From: an uncultured virus (IMG/VR IMGVR_UViG_3300035183_001031)
Lineage: Duplodnaviria; Heunggongvirae; Uroviricota; Caudoviricetes
IMG/VR virus record: IMGVR_UViG_3300035183_001031
Direction: 5' to 3' (one strand)
DNA: 64,000 bases
The notes beneath the pieces are model-generated. The model did no database searches and was not told the DNA's origin. It saw nothing but the letters and a program-made list of their open reading frames with translations. Shown here one piece after another: positions 54,905-64,000 of the stretch. Numbering within the stretch: the first letter of the stretch is position 1; every line of letters starts with the position of its first letter. The position numbers and the translations under genes are program-made.

Positions 54905-55900
54905 ATGTCGTATAAGTCCATAAACTTCCAGCAGGACTTCGCCCCGCTCTCGACAGCGGTCAACGAGGTCATCTCGATCTCTGGTTCGATCCCGGCGAAC
55001 AACTCGAACGTCAAGTTCTACAAGAACATTGCGTCAGGTTCTGCCGCGATCGATCTTGGCGGATACTACGAGACAGTGTACGATTCGGCTCCCTCGTCGG
55101 CCCTCTCATCTCCTCTCTTTGACATCACATACGGCATAACGACGGGCTCCGTGTACAACGTTGCGTCGACGACCACCTCGTCGCTGACCGAGAAGGTGAA
55201 GATCCATCGTCAGATGGCAGCCCTCTTGCTTGGTAATCCTGACAGCAAGTTCACCATCAATTCACAAGAGAGAAACGAGGCGATCTTCATCCTCTTCAAG
55301 AGGAACATCCTCAAGGATGAGCTCAAGAAGGGCACGATCGCCTTCACGATCAACTCGACCGCTCCGACGCAGTACACGGCCTCCGATGCCGGCGCCGCCT
55401 CTACCTTTAAGCAGACGGTCGGCGGCGACTACGCCCCACTCAAATACAACGGTACGGGTTCTGAGGTCGGCCAGGTCTGGTATCAGGCCGGCGTGATCGT
55501 CCTTCCTCCTGACCTCTGTTGGGGTGCCATCGCCAACTGGTCCGGCACCAAGACGCTGGTCAACATCCAATCATCCGGAACCATTAACCAGATCGTCGAT
55601 GGGTTTAGGACCCACGTGGAGAACATCCAGGTGAACAATCAGACGAACCTCCAGTCGTCGGTGTACTTCTGTCGTGCGTACAATAACGAGTTTAACTACT
55701 CGTCGAACCCAACCTTCGTGAACGCTGACGGCCTGATCAGGGTTACCTCAGGAAGCAACATCTTGACGACCCAGACTTACATCACTACCATCGGGCTCTA
55801 TGATGAGAACGACAACCTCCTCGCTGTCGGTAAGACCAACAAGCCGGTCCTAAAGAGTCCGCAGACAGAGGCGGTGTTCCGGTTGAGGCTCGACTACTGA
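54905..55900 (+). CDS. tail-associated structural protein
   Basis: FNYSSNPTF...YITTIGLYDENDNLLAVGK..KP..FRLRLDY. Confidence 0.65.
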   Translation: MSYKSINFQQDFAPLSTAVNEVISISGSIPANNSNVKFYKNIASGSAAIDLGGYYETVYDSAPSSALSSPLFDITYGITTGSVYNVASTTTSSLTEKVKIHRQMAALLLGNPDSKFTINSQERNEAIFILFKRNILKDELKKGTIAFTINSTAPTQYTASDAGAASTFKQTVGGDYAPLKYNGTGSEVGQVWYQAGVIVLPPDLCWGAIANWSGTKTLVNIQSSGTINQIVDGFRTHVENIQVNNQTNLQSSVYFCRAYNNEFNYSSNPTFVNADGLIRVTSGSNILTTQTYITTIGLYDENDNLLAVGKTNKPVLKSPQTEAVFRLRLDY

Positions 55901-55908
55901 GGTAATCC

Positions 55909-57813
55909 TTGTCCGTCTTCAAGCGGTTTGGGCCGGGTGACCAGATCGACAACGTCCTGGTCCTCGAGCCGCTTTGGACTGTGACCTCCGGCACCGGAGG
56001 TTGGAGGGGGTCCCCCGAAGGGTCGGCCTCTGTCAGCCTCTATGGCGGCTATAATAGGCAGCCCGCTGGGGTAGTTCAAGAGTACCGTTTCCAGCGGACC
56101 ATCCAGGGCACCGACTCGTTCGGCCAGCTAGTCCGATCTGGGCCGATCACTGCCTCGATCAACTATGTGTGGGCCACCGACGAGGACCTGGGTCTCTTGC
56201 AACGGTCATCCACCAGGTGGGGTCATGAGCATTGGAAGACGGTTATGCGGCTCTATGACTATTACAGTCGTAGGGACCCTGACTATGTCACCTCATCGTA
56301 CAACCATTACTGCCTTTACTTCAACTCCGGTTCTTCAAATATCGTTACGGTCTTCGATAGGTACTCATCGAACCCCGAGAGGTTCCGAGCGCTTCCGACC
56401 GGGTCATTCACGATGGAAGCCTGGTTCAAGCCGTTTACGACCGGTACGAGTGGGGTTGAACTGACGATATTCGGACGGGCTCGTTCGTATCGGATGTATC
56501 TGGACGGTTCGACCGGAAAGCTGAATTTCGACATTCACAGTGGAACGAACGCAGTCCACACGACGGTGACATCGTCGATCGCGGTCACCCCTCTTCAGTG
56601 GCACCATGCCGCTATCTCGTTTGACCACACCACGCTGACGGGGGCTATGTACCTCGATCTACAACAGGTCGCGAGCTTCACGTACCCCAGTCCTATCCCG
56701 AATCCCAACAACTACACGGGCTCGCTGCACATCGGAGCGGCGTACGGAGGCGCAGTCAGTCAGCAGTTCTCACATTATTATGAAAACGTGGCTCTTCATG
56801 CTGCCGGTCAGGCCGGGTCGGTCTTTCATGGCTTCATTGGGAACGTCAGGATATGGGGCGCGAACCGGAGCTGGGCTCAGATCTCCGCGTCTCACAATGT
56901 CAGGCTGACTGGATCTGGGCTGGCGGCCCCGCTCCTGTGTGACATACAACTCAGCGAGGGTCCGCTCGTGTATGCTTCTCCTTCTGGGGACGTTTCGGGG
57001 TTCATCGTCTCATATGCGAGCGGGGGTTTGGTCGGCTCTGGAGTCCTTGATCACGCGGCCGCGTACCAGGCCAAGAGCCCTGACTACGGAGTCCTCTATA
57101 AGTTCAGCGATCGGATCGGTCCGGTCTGGCATCCGAACGATAACGCTCGATTCTATGTTCCAAAGGAGTTCATCCCAACCAAGATCTCGGGCACCAACTG
57201 GTCATCATCTGGGTCTCTTCCGGTGGAACGTCTAAGGATCCTGAGTATTCCGGCAGGTTTTACGGGTCGTCAGATCACGAAGGGCTCGGTTCGAGTCACT
57301 GATAACACCTACAGTGCATCGACCCACGGACTTCGACGAACTTTGATCGACGATGGAAGGGGAGGTCTGTATCTGTCTGGCTCTGCTGCGCTCGGTAGCA
57401 CCGATTCACACGGCAGCGTTGGGTGGAACAAGGTCGGGAACGTCTTCTACAACGAGGGACTGATCGTCATCAAGGATCCAGCCCTGTTGGATTTCGCCCA
57501 TCCAACTGAGCATGCCTCTGATGATGAGAACAATCTTCTTCAGCTTGAGTTTCGAGGCAACAACAGAATCTATGTGAAGACTCTGATGTGCCGGATCGAT
57601 CGCGGAGATTACAACGCTTCGCTTAATCCGACATTCTATCGGACGGAAGAGGATGGCAATCGGGTGCGCCGGTATCAGACCGGGTCCCTATACATCACCA
57701 CCGTGGGCATCTATAACTCCAGTCGTGAGCTTGTTGGGGTCGCGCGGCTCGCGGAGCCGCTTCGGGGTCGTCCACGTGACAGGATGAACATCAAGCTCAG
57801 ATTGGATTTTTGA
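55909..57813 (+). CDS. tail-associated protein with LamG domain (C-terminus paralogous to 54905)
   Basis: SFTMEAWFKP, WHHAAISFD, FHGFIGNVRIW; YITTVGIYN...IKLRLDF. Confidence 0.7.
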   Translation: MSVFKRFGPGDQIDNVLVLEPLWTVTSGTGGWRGSPEGSASVSLYGGYNRQPAGVVQEYRFQRTIQGTDSFGQLVRSGPITASINYVWATDEDLGLLQRSSTRWGHEHWKTVMRLYDYYSRRDPDYVTSSYNHYCLYFNSGSSNIVTVFDRYSSNPERFRALPTGSFTMEAWFKPFTTGTSGVELTIFGRARSYRMYLDGSTGKLNFDIHSGTNAVHTTVTSSIAVTPLQWHHAAISFDHTTLTGAMYLDLQQVASFTYPSPIPNPNNYTGSLHIGAAYGGAVSQQFSHYYENVALHAAGQAGSVFHGFIGNVRIWGANRSWAQISASHNVRLTGSGLAAPLLCDIQLSEGPLVYASPSGDVSGFIVSYASGGLVGSGVLDHAAAYQAKSPDYGVLYKFSDRIGPVWHPNDNARFYVPKEFIPTKISGTNWSSSGSLPVERLRILSIPAGFTGRQITKGSVRVTDNTYSASTHGLRRTLIDDGRGGLYLSGSAALGSTDSHGSVGWNKVGNVFYNEGLIVIKDPALLDFAHPTEHASDDENNLLQLEFRGNNRIYVKTLMCRIDRGDYNASLNPTFYRTEEDGNRVRRYQTGSLYITTVGIYNSSRELVGVARLAEPLRGRPRDRMNIKLRLDF

Positions 57814-58551
57814 TTGGTCATCATCGGTTGGGACGTTTCCACAACGGCCATCGGCGTCTGTGTCAAGTGGGATGGACGTCCCCATGAGTTCCACGTCATC
57901 TTCCCTAAGGGAAAGACCGCGCTGGACAAGTGGAAGGACGCCAAGCTTAACATCGTCAACTTCATGCATGGGATCAACGGACAGATCAATGATGAATTAT
58001 TAAGGCACCCAGGGTCGTCCGCCCATGGATCACATTCGCATGTCAAGCACGTGGTTGAACAACGGCTTGGTGGCTTCACCGGCGGTCTTACCACTAAGCA
58101 GACGTTGATGGCGCTGGCGGCGATGAATGCTGTTGTCAGCACCGAGCTGTCAGCCTCCGGTGAGGTCGAGTTCATCCTCCCTCAGACTGCGAAGGCGCTC
58201 ATCGGGCTAAAGAAGAAACAGATCGAGGGCGAGGACAAGAAGGAGACTGTGGTAAGATTGGCTAGATCTGCATGCCCAGGTTTTCCATACAAGGAGAAAA
58301 GTTCCTCTGGGAAGCCAAGAAACGATAAGGGCAAGACATACCCTTGGGTTAAGGGAATAGACGATATGGCTGATGCGTGGCTGCTCGTCGAGGCATACCA
58401 GGCGCTGAGGGGGAAGGCCGAGAGTGAACAGTTGGAGAAAGCTGCAGGCCATAAAGGCAAGGCTCGGCGAGCCCAAAAAGACGGTTCCAAGGAAGAACGA
58501 GTACGGGTTTCTCTGCCCGAATCCGAAGTGTACAAGCGCAAAGCAAGGTAA
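57814..58551 (+). CDS. RuvC-like Holliday junction resolvase
   Basis: IIGWDVSTTAIG, VVEQ, K, DDMADAW. Confidence 0.75.
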   Translation: MVIIGWDVSTTAIGVCVKWDGRPHEFHVIFPKGKTALDKWKDAKLNIVNFMHGINGQINDELLRHPGSSAHGSHSHVKHVVEQRLGGFTGGLTTKQTLMALAAMNAVVSTELSASGEVEFILPQTAKALIGLKKKQIEGEDKKETVVRLARSACPGFPYKEKSSSGKPRNDKGKTYPWVKGIDDMADAWLLVEAYQALRGKAESEQLEKAAGHKGKARRAQKDGSKEERVRVSLPESEVYKRKAR

Positions 58552-59365
58552 GGTCCGTCTCTGGGTGAATCCAGAGAAGGATACCTTTAACTGTTGGCAC
58601 TGCGGCTTTAGCGGCAAGTCCTTGGCGGCCATCATGGTCCAGGGATCGAAGGAGCATAGGGAGTACCTGGAGTCTAAGCCGACCACAGAGAAGAGCATCT
58701 TTGCCAGACCCGTTGGGGTGCAGAAGCCACGGTGCGTCAGCCTTCCTGTCGGATTCACGCCGATTCGTCTGAGCGGTGAGGCCAGAGAGGCCCCGTACGT
58801 CTCCTACCTGAGGCGGAGGGGTGTATCCGATGATACGACGGTGCTCTATCGGATGGGCTATGTGGACTTCGGTCCCCTCTCCGGCCGTGTGGTGATTCCA
58901 TCATTTGATGCGCTGGGTGCTCTTAACTTCTGGTCAGCACGGAGCATCTATCCGTGTGAGAAGACGTTCAGCTATCGGCTTCCAGATGCATCAAAAGATG
59001 TGGTGTCGAACGAGCACCTGGTCAATTGGACGGAACCGGTCTATCTGGTCGAAGGGATATTTGATGAGGTGGCTATCGGTCCTCAAGCGATTAGTCTTTA
59101 TGGAAAATTTTTGCAGCCTTTGCTTGCCAAGCGACTTGTGGAGCGTCGCCCTCCCATTGTCTACGTCTGCCTCGATTCTGATGCTAGAAAAGAGGCACTC
59201 GAGCTGATGGAACAGCTGGTCGGATATGACATCACGTGTGCCTTGGTTGACCTGCCAGGTAAGGATCCGGCAGAGTTGGGTTCTGCTGTCGTTCAGAAGG
59301 CTGCCAAGGAGTCTCGAATGGTCACCGGCTCGGTCGGACTACTCGCTGTGGAGGGTCGACTGTGA
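58424..59365 (+). CDS. DNA primase (zinc finger + Toprim)
   Basis: CPNPKC...FNCWHCG, YLRRRG, RVVIPSFD, YLVEGIFD, LDSDA, KDP. Confidence 0.88.
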   Translation: MNSWRKLQAIKARLGEPKKTVPRKNEYGFLCPNPKCTSAKQGKVRLWVNPEKDTFNCWHCGFSGKSLAAIMVQGSKEHREYLESKPTTEKSIFARPVGVQKPRCVSLPVGFTPIRLSGEAREAPYVSYLRRRGVSDDTTVLYRMGYVDFGPLSGRVVIPSFDALGALNFWSARSIYPCEKTFSYRLPDASKDVVSNEHLVNWTEPVYLVEGIFDEVAIGPQAISLYGKFLQPLLAKRLVERRPPIVYVCLDSDARKEALELMEQLVGYDITCALVDLPGKDPAELGSAVVQKAAKESRMVTGSVGLLAVEGRL

Positions 59366-62300
59366 GGATCGCTCACATCTCCGACCTGCATATTCGAAAC
59401 TTTAAGTATCGACGTGAGTACCGTGAGGCATTCCTCGACCTGTACGACCAGCTACAGAAGTTAAAGCCAGATCTGGTCATCAATACAGGTGACACCGTTC
59501 ACAGCAAGCTGGCGGTGTCTCCAGAGCTGTTCGATGACGTGGCCAACCATTTTCTAGCTGTGACGGAGATTGCTCCGTACTGGTTGATCCTCGGAAACCA
59601 TGACCTTAACCTGAAGAACATCGGTCGGACTGATGCCATCTCACCGATTGTGAGAGCCTTACAGGGGAGAACGAGGCATGAGCTCAGGATGGCAAAGAGT
59701 CATCCTGAGCGGATGCTTGATGGCAGGTTTCCGAACTTCGCCTTCTATCCGTATGACATCCGCCAGCCGGTCTGTGAAATCATCCCGCTTGAGGGCGATA
59801 TCAACATCGGCCTATATCACGGATCGATCGCGGGGTGTGTCACCGATCAGGGCTTCGTGATGGAGGAGGCCGAGTCTGAGGTCGACCAGTTCGGGCGGAT
59901 GGATTTTGTCATGATGGGTGACATCCACAAGAGGCAGTCCTTCCGAGATGGAAGGATGCAATATCCGGGTTCGCTCATCCAACAGAACTACGGAGAGGAG
60001 CTTGTTAAGGGCTTCCTTATCTGGGATATCCAAGATCGGGACAGGTTTAACGTTGAGTTCTGCCCAGTGAGGGCACCGGGTCGGTTTTACACGATCCAGG
60101 TGCCCGCCAGCCTCGACCTATCAGGCATCGATGTCCCCAAGGGTTCACGCATCAGAGCAATGGTCCAGGGCGAACTCTCTCCCTCGAAGAGACTGCAGTT
60201 GGAGGAGGCCCTGAACAAGAAGTTCGAGCCGATCGAGGTTATCACACCGGACTTCTTCGGTGAGAAGGTCTCGATGGCGGCTTCTGATAACATCGATAGC
60301 CTGGTCGGATCTCGTGAACAGATGATGCGGGATCACCTGAAGGAGAAGGGGATCGATGGGACCGAGGCCGATGAGGTCATCAAGCTCTTTAATCATTTCG
60401 AGAAGGACTTGGAGCTCGATGGATCTGCCCGCGGAACGACCTGGAAGCTATTACGGGTGGCCTGGGATAACATGATGAACTATGGTGAAGGGAATGTCCT
60501 AGATTTCACGAAGTTGAGGGGCCTTGTCGGAGTGTTCGCCCCGAATGCCTCAGGGAAGTCCTCCATCTTTGACATTGTCCTGCAGTCTCTTTTCGATAAG
60601 GTTACCAAGGATGTTCCACGAAACATTGATCTGATAAACGATAACAAGGACTTTGGGAAGATGGTCGTGGAGTTTGAGGCGAATGGGAAGTCCTACTGCA
60701 TCGAGCGTTCGATCGAACGTATTCACTACGGTCAGCGAAAGCTTGCAGAGACGAAGCAATGGGGTAAGACCAACCTCGATTTCTCAAGCGCCAATGATTC
60801 ATTGAACGGAACCAGTAGGCCAGAGACCGAGCGTGCGATCAGGGCGATCGTTGGGAACTTTGACGATTTTGCTTTGACCACAATGGTGTCACAGAACCCA
60901 ATTTTTGGGCTCCCTGGAGGCGGTGACATCATCAACTGTCGGGAGACGGACCGGAGGAAGATCCTCTTCAGGTTCCTTGATCTCGATGTGTATGAGAAGG
61001 TCAATCAGGCGTGTAAGGATGAGCTGAAGACGATCGTTGGAAATCTCAAGGGACAGGATCGAGAGGCCCTTACGAGGCAGTTGGAGGAACTCGAGTCCGA
61101 GCTTCTGCATAAGCAGACTATGCTTGCGGCTGAGCGCGCTGATCTTGATAAAAACGAGGCGGCTCTCGCGATGAAGAGGCAGGAGCTGGCACGACTGGAG
61201 GCTGACGATAGGGCTCAAGATGCCTGTGATATCGCTAAGCTCGACGACGCATCGGCGATGGCCTCTGTCAAGCTGAGAAAGGCCATCGTTGCCCATGAGA
61301 AACTCGAGAAAGCTCGAGTTGAGGCAGAAGAGATATACTCAAATCTGCTCAAAAACAAGCCCGAGAGGCCCTCGATCACGCTAGAAGAGCTGACTGAGAG
61401 GATGGAGAGGGTGCGGACCGAACGTGAGTCCGCCAAGGTTAATCTAGCAAAACAGAAAGATGCCCTAGCGAGAGGTAAGAAGGCTCTCGTTATTCTTGAC
61501 GAGGTTCCCTGCGGGGGAAAATTTCCGACTTGTAAGTTCATCAAGGATGCAAGCGAGTTTTTGACACAGAGAGAGATCGTTGAGGCGGCGATGAGGTTGT
61601 ATGAGACCGTTGTCAACGTCTCAAATTCTGAGATTTCAGCCCTTGAGGGTTTCGAGGTGATGCATGTTGAGGTCTCTCGTTGGGAACGTCAGGTCGTTGA
61701 GGCGAAGGCCAAGCTCGAGCGTCTGAGCATGGAGGCAAAAGCTGCATGGGACGTCCGTTTAGCGGCCCTTGAAATGAGCCAGGAGGCCGATCGAGCCCTT
61801 GACGAGGCCTTGAAGAAGCTCGATCCGACGATTGGACAACAGATCAAGGACATGGAGGACAGCATTGAGCGCCTTGAAGATGCCGTCAATGACTGTGAGA
61901 AGAAGATCGAGCTGTGCCTGAGGCAGATCGGAGCCGCTGAGGCGAAGAAGACTGCGGTGGAGGCCGAGATCGCTAAGCTTGAAGAGATGAAGCGGAGGGT
62001 ACGGGCCCATGAGCGTCTTGTCGAGCTTACTGGGAAGAACGGATTGCCATATCGGATCCTCACGCTTGTCCTTCCGATCATCAACGATGAGATCTCAAAG
62101 ATCTTAACTGGGATCGTGAAGTTCAATGTCTTCTTCGAGGATGATCCAGAAGAGCAGACCGTCAGCCTCTTCATCCGCTATGGGGATTATAAGAGTCGTC
62201 CACTTTCGCTAGGGTCTGGAGCTGAGAAGTTCATCGCCTCTTTGGCAATTCGGGTGGCCCTTCTCAGCGTCTCTTCACTTCCTAAGACGGATATTCTGAT

Positions 62301-62487
62301 TATCGACGAGGGCTTCGGAAAGCTCGACCCGGAACACCTCGAGGCTCTACAGAAGATGTTTGAATACCTAAGAGAGGCGTTCGGAACGGTTTTCATCGTC
62401 TCACACGTTGATTCGATGAGAGACGTCGTCGACCATAGCCTTGATATCACAAGTCAGGACGGATATGCACACGTGGAGGCGATCTGA
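59362..62487 (+). CDS. fused SbcD/Mre11 nuclease - SbcC/Rad50 ATPase (gp47-gp46-like)
   Basis: SDLH, TGD, GNHD, GDIH, YPGS; Walker A NASGKSS, coiled coil, GSGAE signature, ILIIDEGFGKLD, IVSH. Confidence 0.92.
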   Translation: MRIAHISDLHIRNFKYRREYREAFLDLYDQLQKLKPDLVINTGDTVHSKLAVSPELFDDVANHFLAVTEIAPYWLILGNHDLNLKNIGRTDAISPIVRALQGRTRHELRMAKSHPERMLDGRFPNFAFYPYDIRQPVCEIIPLEGDINIGLYHGSIAGCVTDQGFVMEEAESEVDQFGRMDFVMMGDIHKRQSFRDGRMQYPGSLIQQNYGEELVKGFLIWDIQDRDRFNVEFCPVRAPGRFYTIQVPASLDLSGIDVPKGSRIRAMVQGELSPSKRLQLEEALNKKFEPIEVITPDFFGEKVSMAASDNIDSLVGSREQMMRDHLKEKGIDGTEADEVIKLFNHFEKDLELDGSARGTTWKLLRVAWDNMMNYGEGNVLDFTKLRGLVGVFAPNASGKSSIFDIVLQSLFDKVTKDVPRNIDLINDNKDFGKMVVEFEANGKSYCIERSIERIHYGQRKLAETKQWGKTNLDFSSANDSLNGTSRPETERAIRAIVGNFDDFALTTMVSQNPIFGLPGGGDIINCRETDRRKILFRFLDLDVYEKVNQACKDELKTIVGNLKGQDREALTRQLEELESELLHKQTMLAAERADLDKNEAALAMKRQELARLEADDRAQDACDIAKLDDASAMASVKLRKAIVAHEKLEKARVEAEEIYSNLLKNKPERPSITLEELTERMERVRTERESAKVNLAKQKDALARGKKALVILDEVPCGGKFPTCKFIKDASEFLTQREIVEAAMRLYETVVNVSNSEISALEGFEVMHVEVSRWERQVVEAKAKLERLSMEAKAAWDVRLAALEMSQEADRALDEALKKLDPTIGQQIKDMEDSIERLEDAVNDCEKKIELCLRQIGAAEAKKTAVEAEIAKLEEMKRRVRAHERLVELTGKNGLPYRILTLVLPIINDEISKILTGIVKFNVFFEDDPEEQTVSLFIRYGDYKSRPLSLGSGAEKFIASLAIRVALLSVSSLPKTDILIIDEGFGKLDPEHLEALQKMFEYLREAFGTVFIVSHVDSMRDVVDHSLDITSQDGYAHVEAI

Positions 62488-62751
62488 ATGTACATGAAGG
62501 ACTCTGACGGTAAGAAGAGCTTCACCGTCACCATCTCTGTGATCACCTTCGTGGTTGTGATGCTGAAGGTCCTATTTGGCGGCATCTCGTTCACCGTGGG
62601 TGACACATCAATCTCATTCGGCAATATTGGCTCAGATGAGATCGCAGCGTTATTGGCGCCGACCCTCATGGCGTACTCATTCCGCAGGTATACGGACACG
62701 AGGTACGCGGGTGTGAACACTGCTGATGCAGATCCGGGGTTGCCAGAATGA
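62488..62751 (+). CDS. putative holin
   Basis: 87 aa with ~2 TM segments, upstream of a spanin-like gene. Confidence 0.45.
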   Translation: MYMKDSDGKKSFTVTISVITFVVVMLKVLFGGISFTVGDTSISFGNIGSDEIAALLAPTLMAYSFRRYTDTRYAGVNTADADPGLPE

Positions 62752-63530
62752 AGTTGCTGAAGTACGTTGGATTGGTAATCATCTTCCTGATAGTCATTGC
62801 GATCGGCTTCAGGGCAGGCGACTGGTGGAGGGGACGTCAGGCGAACGATGAGATCGCGGCCCTCAAGACAGAACTATCGAAGCACCTCGAGACAATCGAG
62901 GTCCAGAAGAGCGTTTACGTCGCCCAAACCATCAAGTATGCGACCTTGCAGGGTCTACTCGATGCCTCTCGGGCGGAGGTCAAGGCGCTGAAGAAGTATC
63001 TGGATGACGCAAGGGCGAAGCTTCTGGCTGCAGAGGAGATTTCCTTAAAGTGGAAGAAGGCCTACGAGGCCGTGCTTGCTGCCAACCAGGAAGAGAAGCC
63101 GTCTGAGGACCCGAACGGGGTTCCACGTAAGATGGTTACATTCGAGGGTGACCTTGGGCCGATTCGGGCCTCCGGGTATACCTTAACCGATCCACCCGAG
63201 GCATTCTTGAAGTTGGAGCAGATTGCCCCGTTGGTCATGACTGTCGCCGTGGCCCAGAATAGGGATGAGACGTGGTCGACCTTCGTAACGTCCTCAGACC
63301 CCAATGTCGATGTCAAGGTCAATCTCGCTGGGGTGAACCCGCTCTTGCTCAAACCTAAGTGGTATCAGAGGCTCTGGTTTGAGATCGGAGCCTCGGTCAT
63401 CGGTGATCCATCTGGAGTTGCATCCGTCTCCTACCTGGGTGAGAGGTGGTCGCTCGGAACATACTGCTACACAGCTGCTGCGGGAATTAGTGGCTGTGGA
63501 GGAGCCCTGGGCATCAGGTTGTTTAAGTGA
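62748..63530 (+). CDS. putative spanin (N-terminal TM, coiled coil, C-terminal beta region)
   Basis: TM helix, long heptads, beta-strand C-terminus ending ALGIRLFK. Confidence 0.4.
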   Translation: MKLLKYVGLVIIFLIVIAIGFRAGDWWRGRQANDEIAALKTELSKHLETIEVQKSVYVAQTIKYATLQGLLDASRAEVKALKKYLDDARAKLLAAEEISLKWKKAYEAVLAANQEEKPSEDPNGVPRKMVTFEGDLGPIRASGYTLTDPPEAFLKLEQIAPLVMTVAVAQNRDETWSTFVTSSDPNVDVKVNLAGVNPLLLKPKWYQRLWFEIGASVIGDPSGVASVSYLGERWSLGTYCYTAAAGISGCGGALGIRLFK

Positions 63531-63838
63531 AGCGAACGAGCAAGAGGATCGTCTCTCCCGTCTCTCTTCGGGAGGTCTATCACCTCCAGGGAGAGTTTTC
63601 CGCGAAGATGATCATCGATCCAGCTGTCTCACCGACCATCGAGAAGGTAGATGTCGAAATCCGAAACTCCGATGGGAAGATGATGGAGTTCACTGCACGA
63701 CGGTGGGGGACCAAGCTCACCGTCTCATTCAAGATCGATCAATCGACCCCGGACGGGGTTGCAGTTATCGACGTCTTACTCAGGCGGAAGGACGGGCCTC
63801 CAGTGAAGGAGCGCCTCGACTTCTGGATTGTGAAATGA
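63527..63838 (+). CDS. hypothetical protein
   Basis: 103-aa ORF; GTGA coupling. Confidence 0.6.
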   Translation: MKRTSKRIVSPVSLREVYHLQGEFSAKMIIDPAVSPTIEKVDVEIRNSDGKMMEFTARRWGTKLTVSFKIDQSTPDGVAVIDVLLRRKDGPPVKERLDFWIVK

Positions 63839-63906
63839 CGGTAGACGGACGATGAGATTACTCTCGGTAAAAAGTCAGGACGGCTAGTCAATCGAAATCG
63901 GAGGGC

Positions 63907-64000
63907 ATGATGGCCTGGATCGATCGTGCTAAGGACCGTGAGTTGTCAGGTAGGACGCCGACATGGTGTCCCATCTGCAACCTTGTGATGAAGGGCGGTT
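63907..64000 (+). CDS. partial ORF with CPIC motif (runs off the window)
   Basis: MMAWIDRAKDRELSGRTPTWCPICNLVMKGG behind GGAGGG. Confidence 0.5.
   Translation, partial: MMAWIDRAKDRELSGRTPTWCPICNLVMKGG

Noticed and set aside
58424..58551. 128-nt RuvC/primase overlap as a frameshift fusion
   Set aside because: Both genes have complete motif sets; the RuvC tail in the overlap looks like a non-conserved extension and no slippery site is evident.
1..64000. Genome-wide stop-codon reassignment
   Set aside because: TAG, TGA and TAA all end well-formed genes and coding density is high under code 11; only one internal TGA was found.

Overview
This 64 kb window is part of a large tailed-phage genome, probably a jumbo myovirus read with standard code 11. 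No ribosomal, central-metabolism or other core cellular genes are recognisable. Layout: (1) 1-9.0 kb, GC-rich accessory genes: HExxH peptidase, pentapeptide protein, methyltransferase, ParB-like protein, Tad2/DUF2829-like ORF, a sigma70-promoter-driven operon with Fpg and an MBD4-like DNA glycosylase, and a fatty-acid hydroxylase. (2) 9.1-12.9 kb, RNA-rich island: a possible 6S-like RNA, a YkuK RNase H-like gene, 11 tRNA/tRNA-like genes that are mostly structurally non-canonical, a structured intergenic segment and an almost pure-AT 18-bp tandem array. (3) 14.3-32.6 kb, an ~18 kb glycosylation locus: GT4/GT9/GT2/CgeB-type transferases, split HldE plus HldD (ADP-heptose), epimerase, dehydrogenase, methyltransferases, SGNH and deacetylase. 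(4) 33-57.8 kb, a sigma-like factor, then baseplate/tail genes strongly enriched in [S/T]GS tripeptides. (5) 57.8-64 kb, RuvC-like resolvase, primase, fused SbcD-SbcC, and probable holin/spanin. Best novelty candidates: a phage heptose/glycan system that may decorate [S/T]GS sites on virion proteins; two covarying D-arm-less tRNA-Arg-like RNAs in a non-canonical tRNA array; a possible 6S RNA mimic; and an in-frame UGA inside an Ig domain. All calls are by-eye motif recognition; no searches were run.
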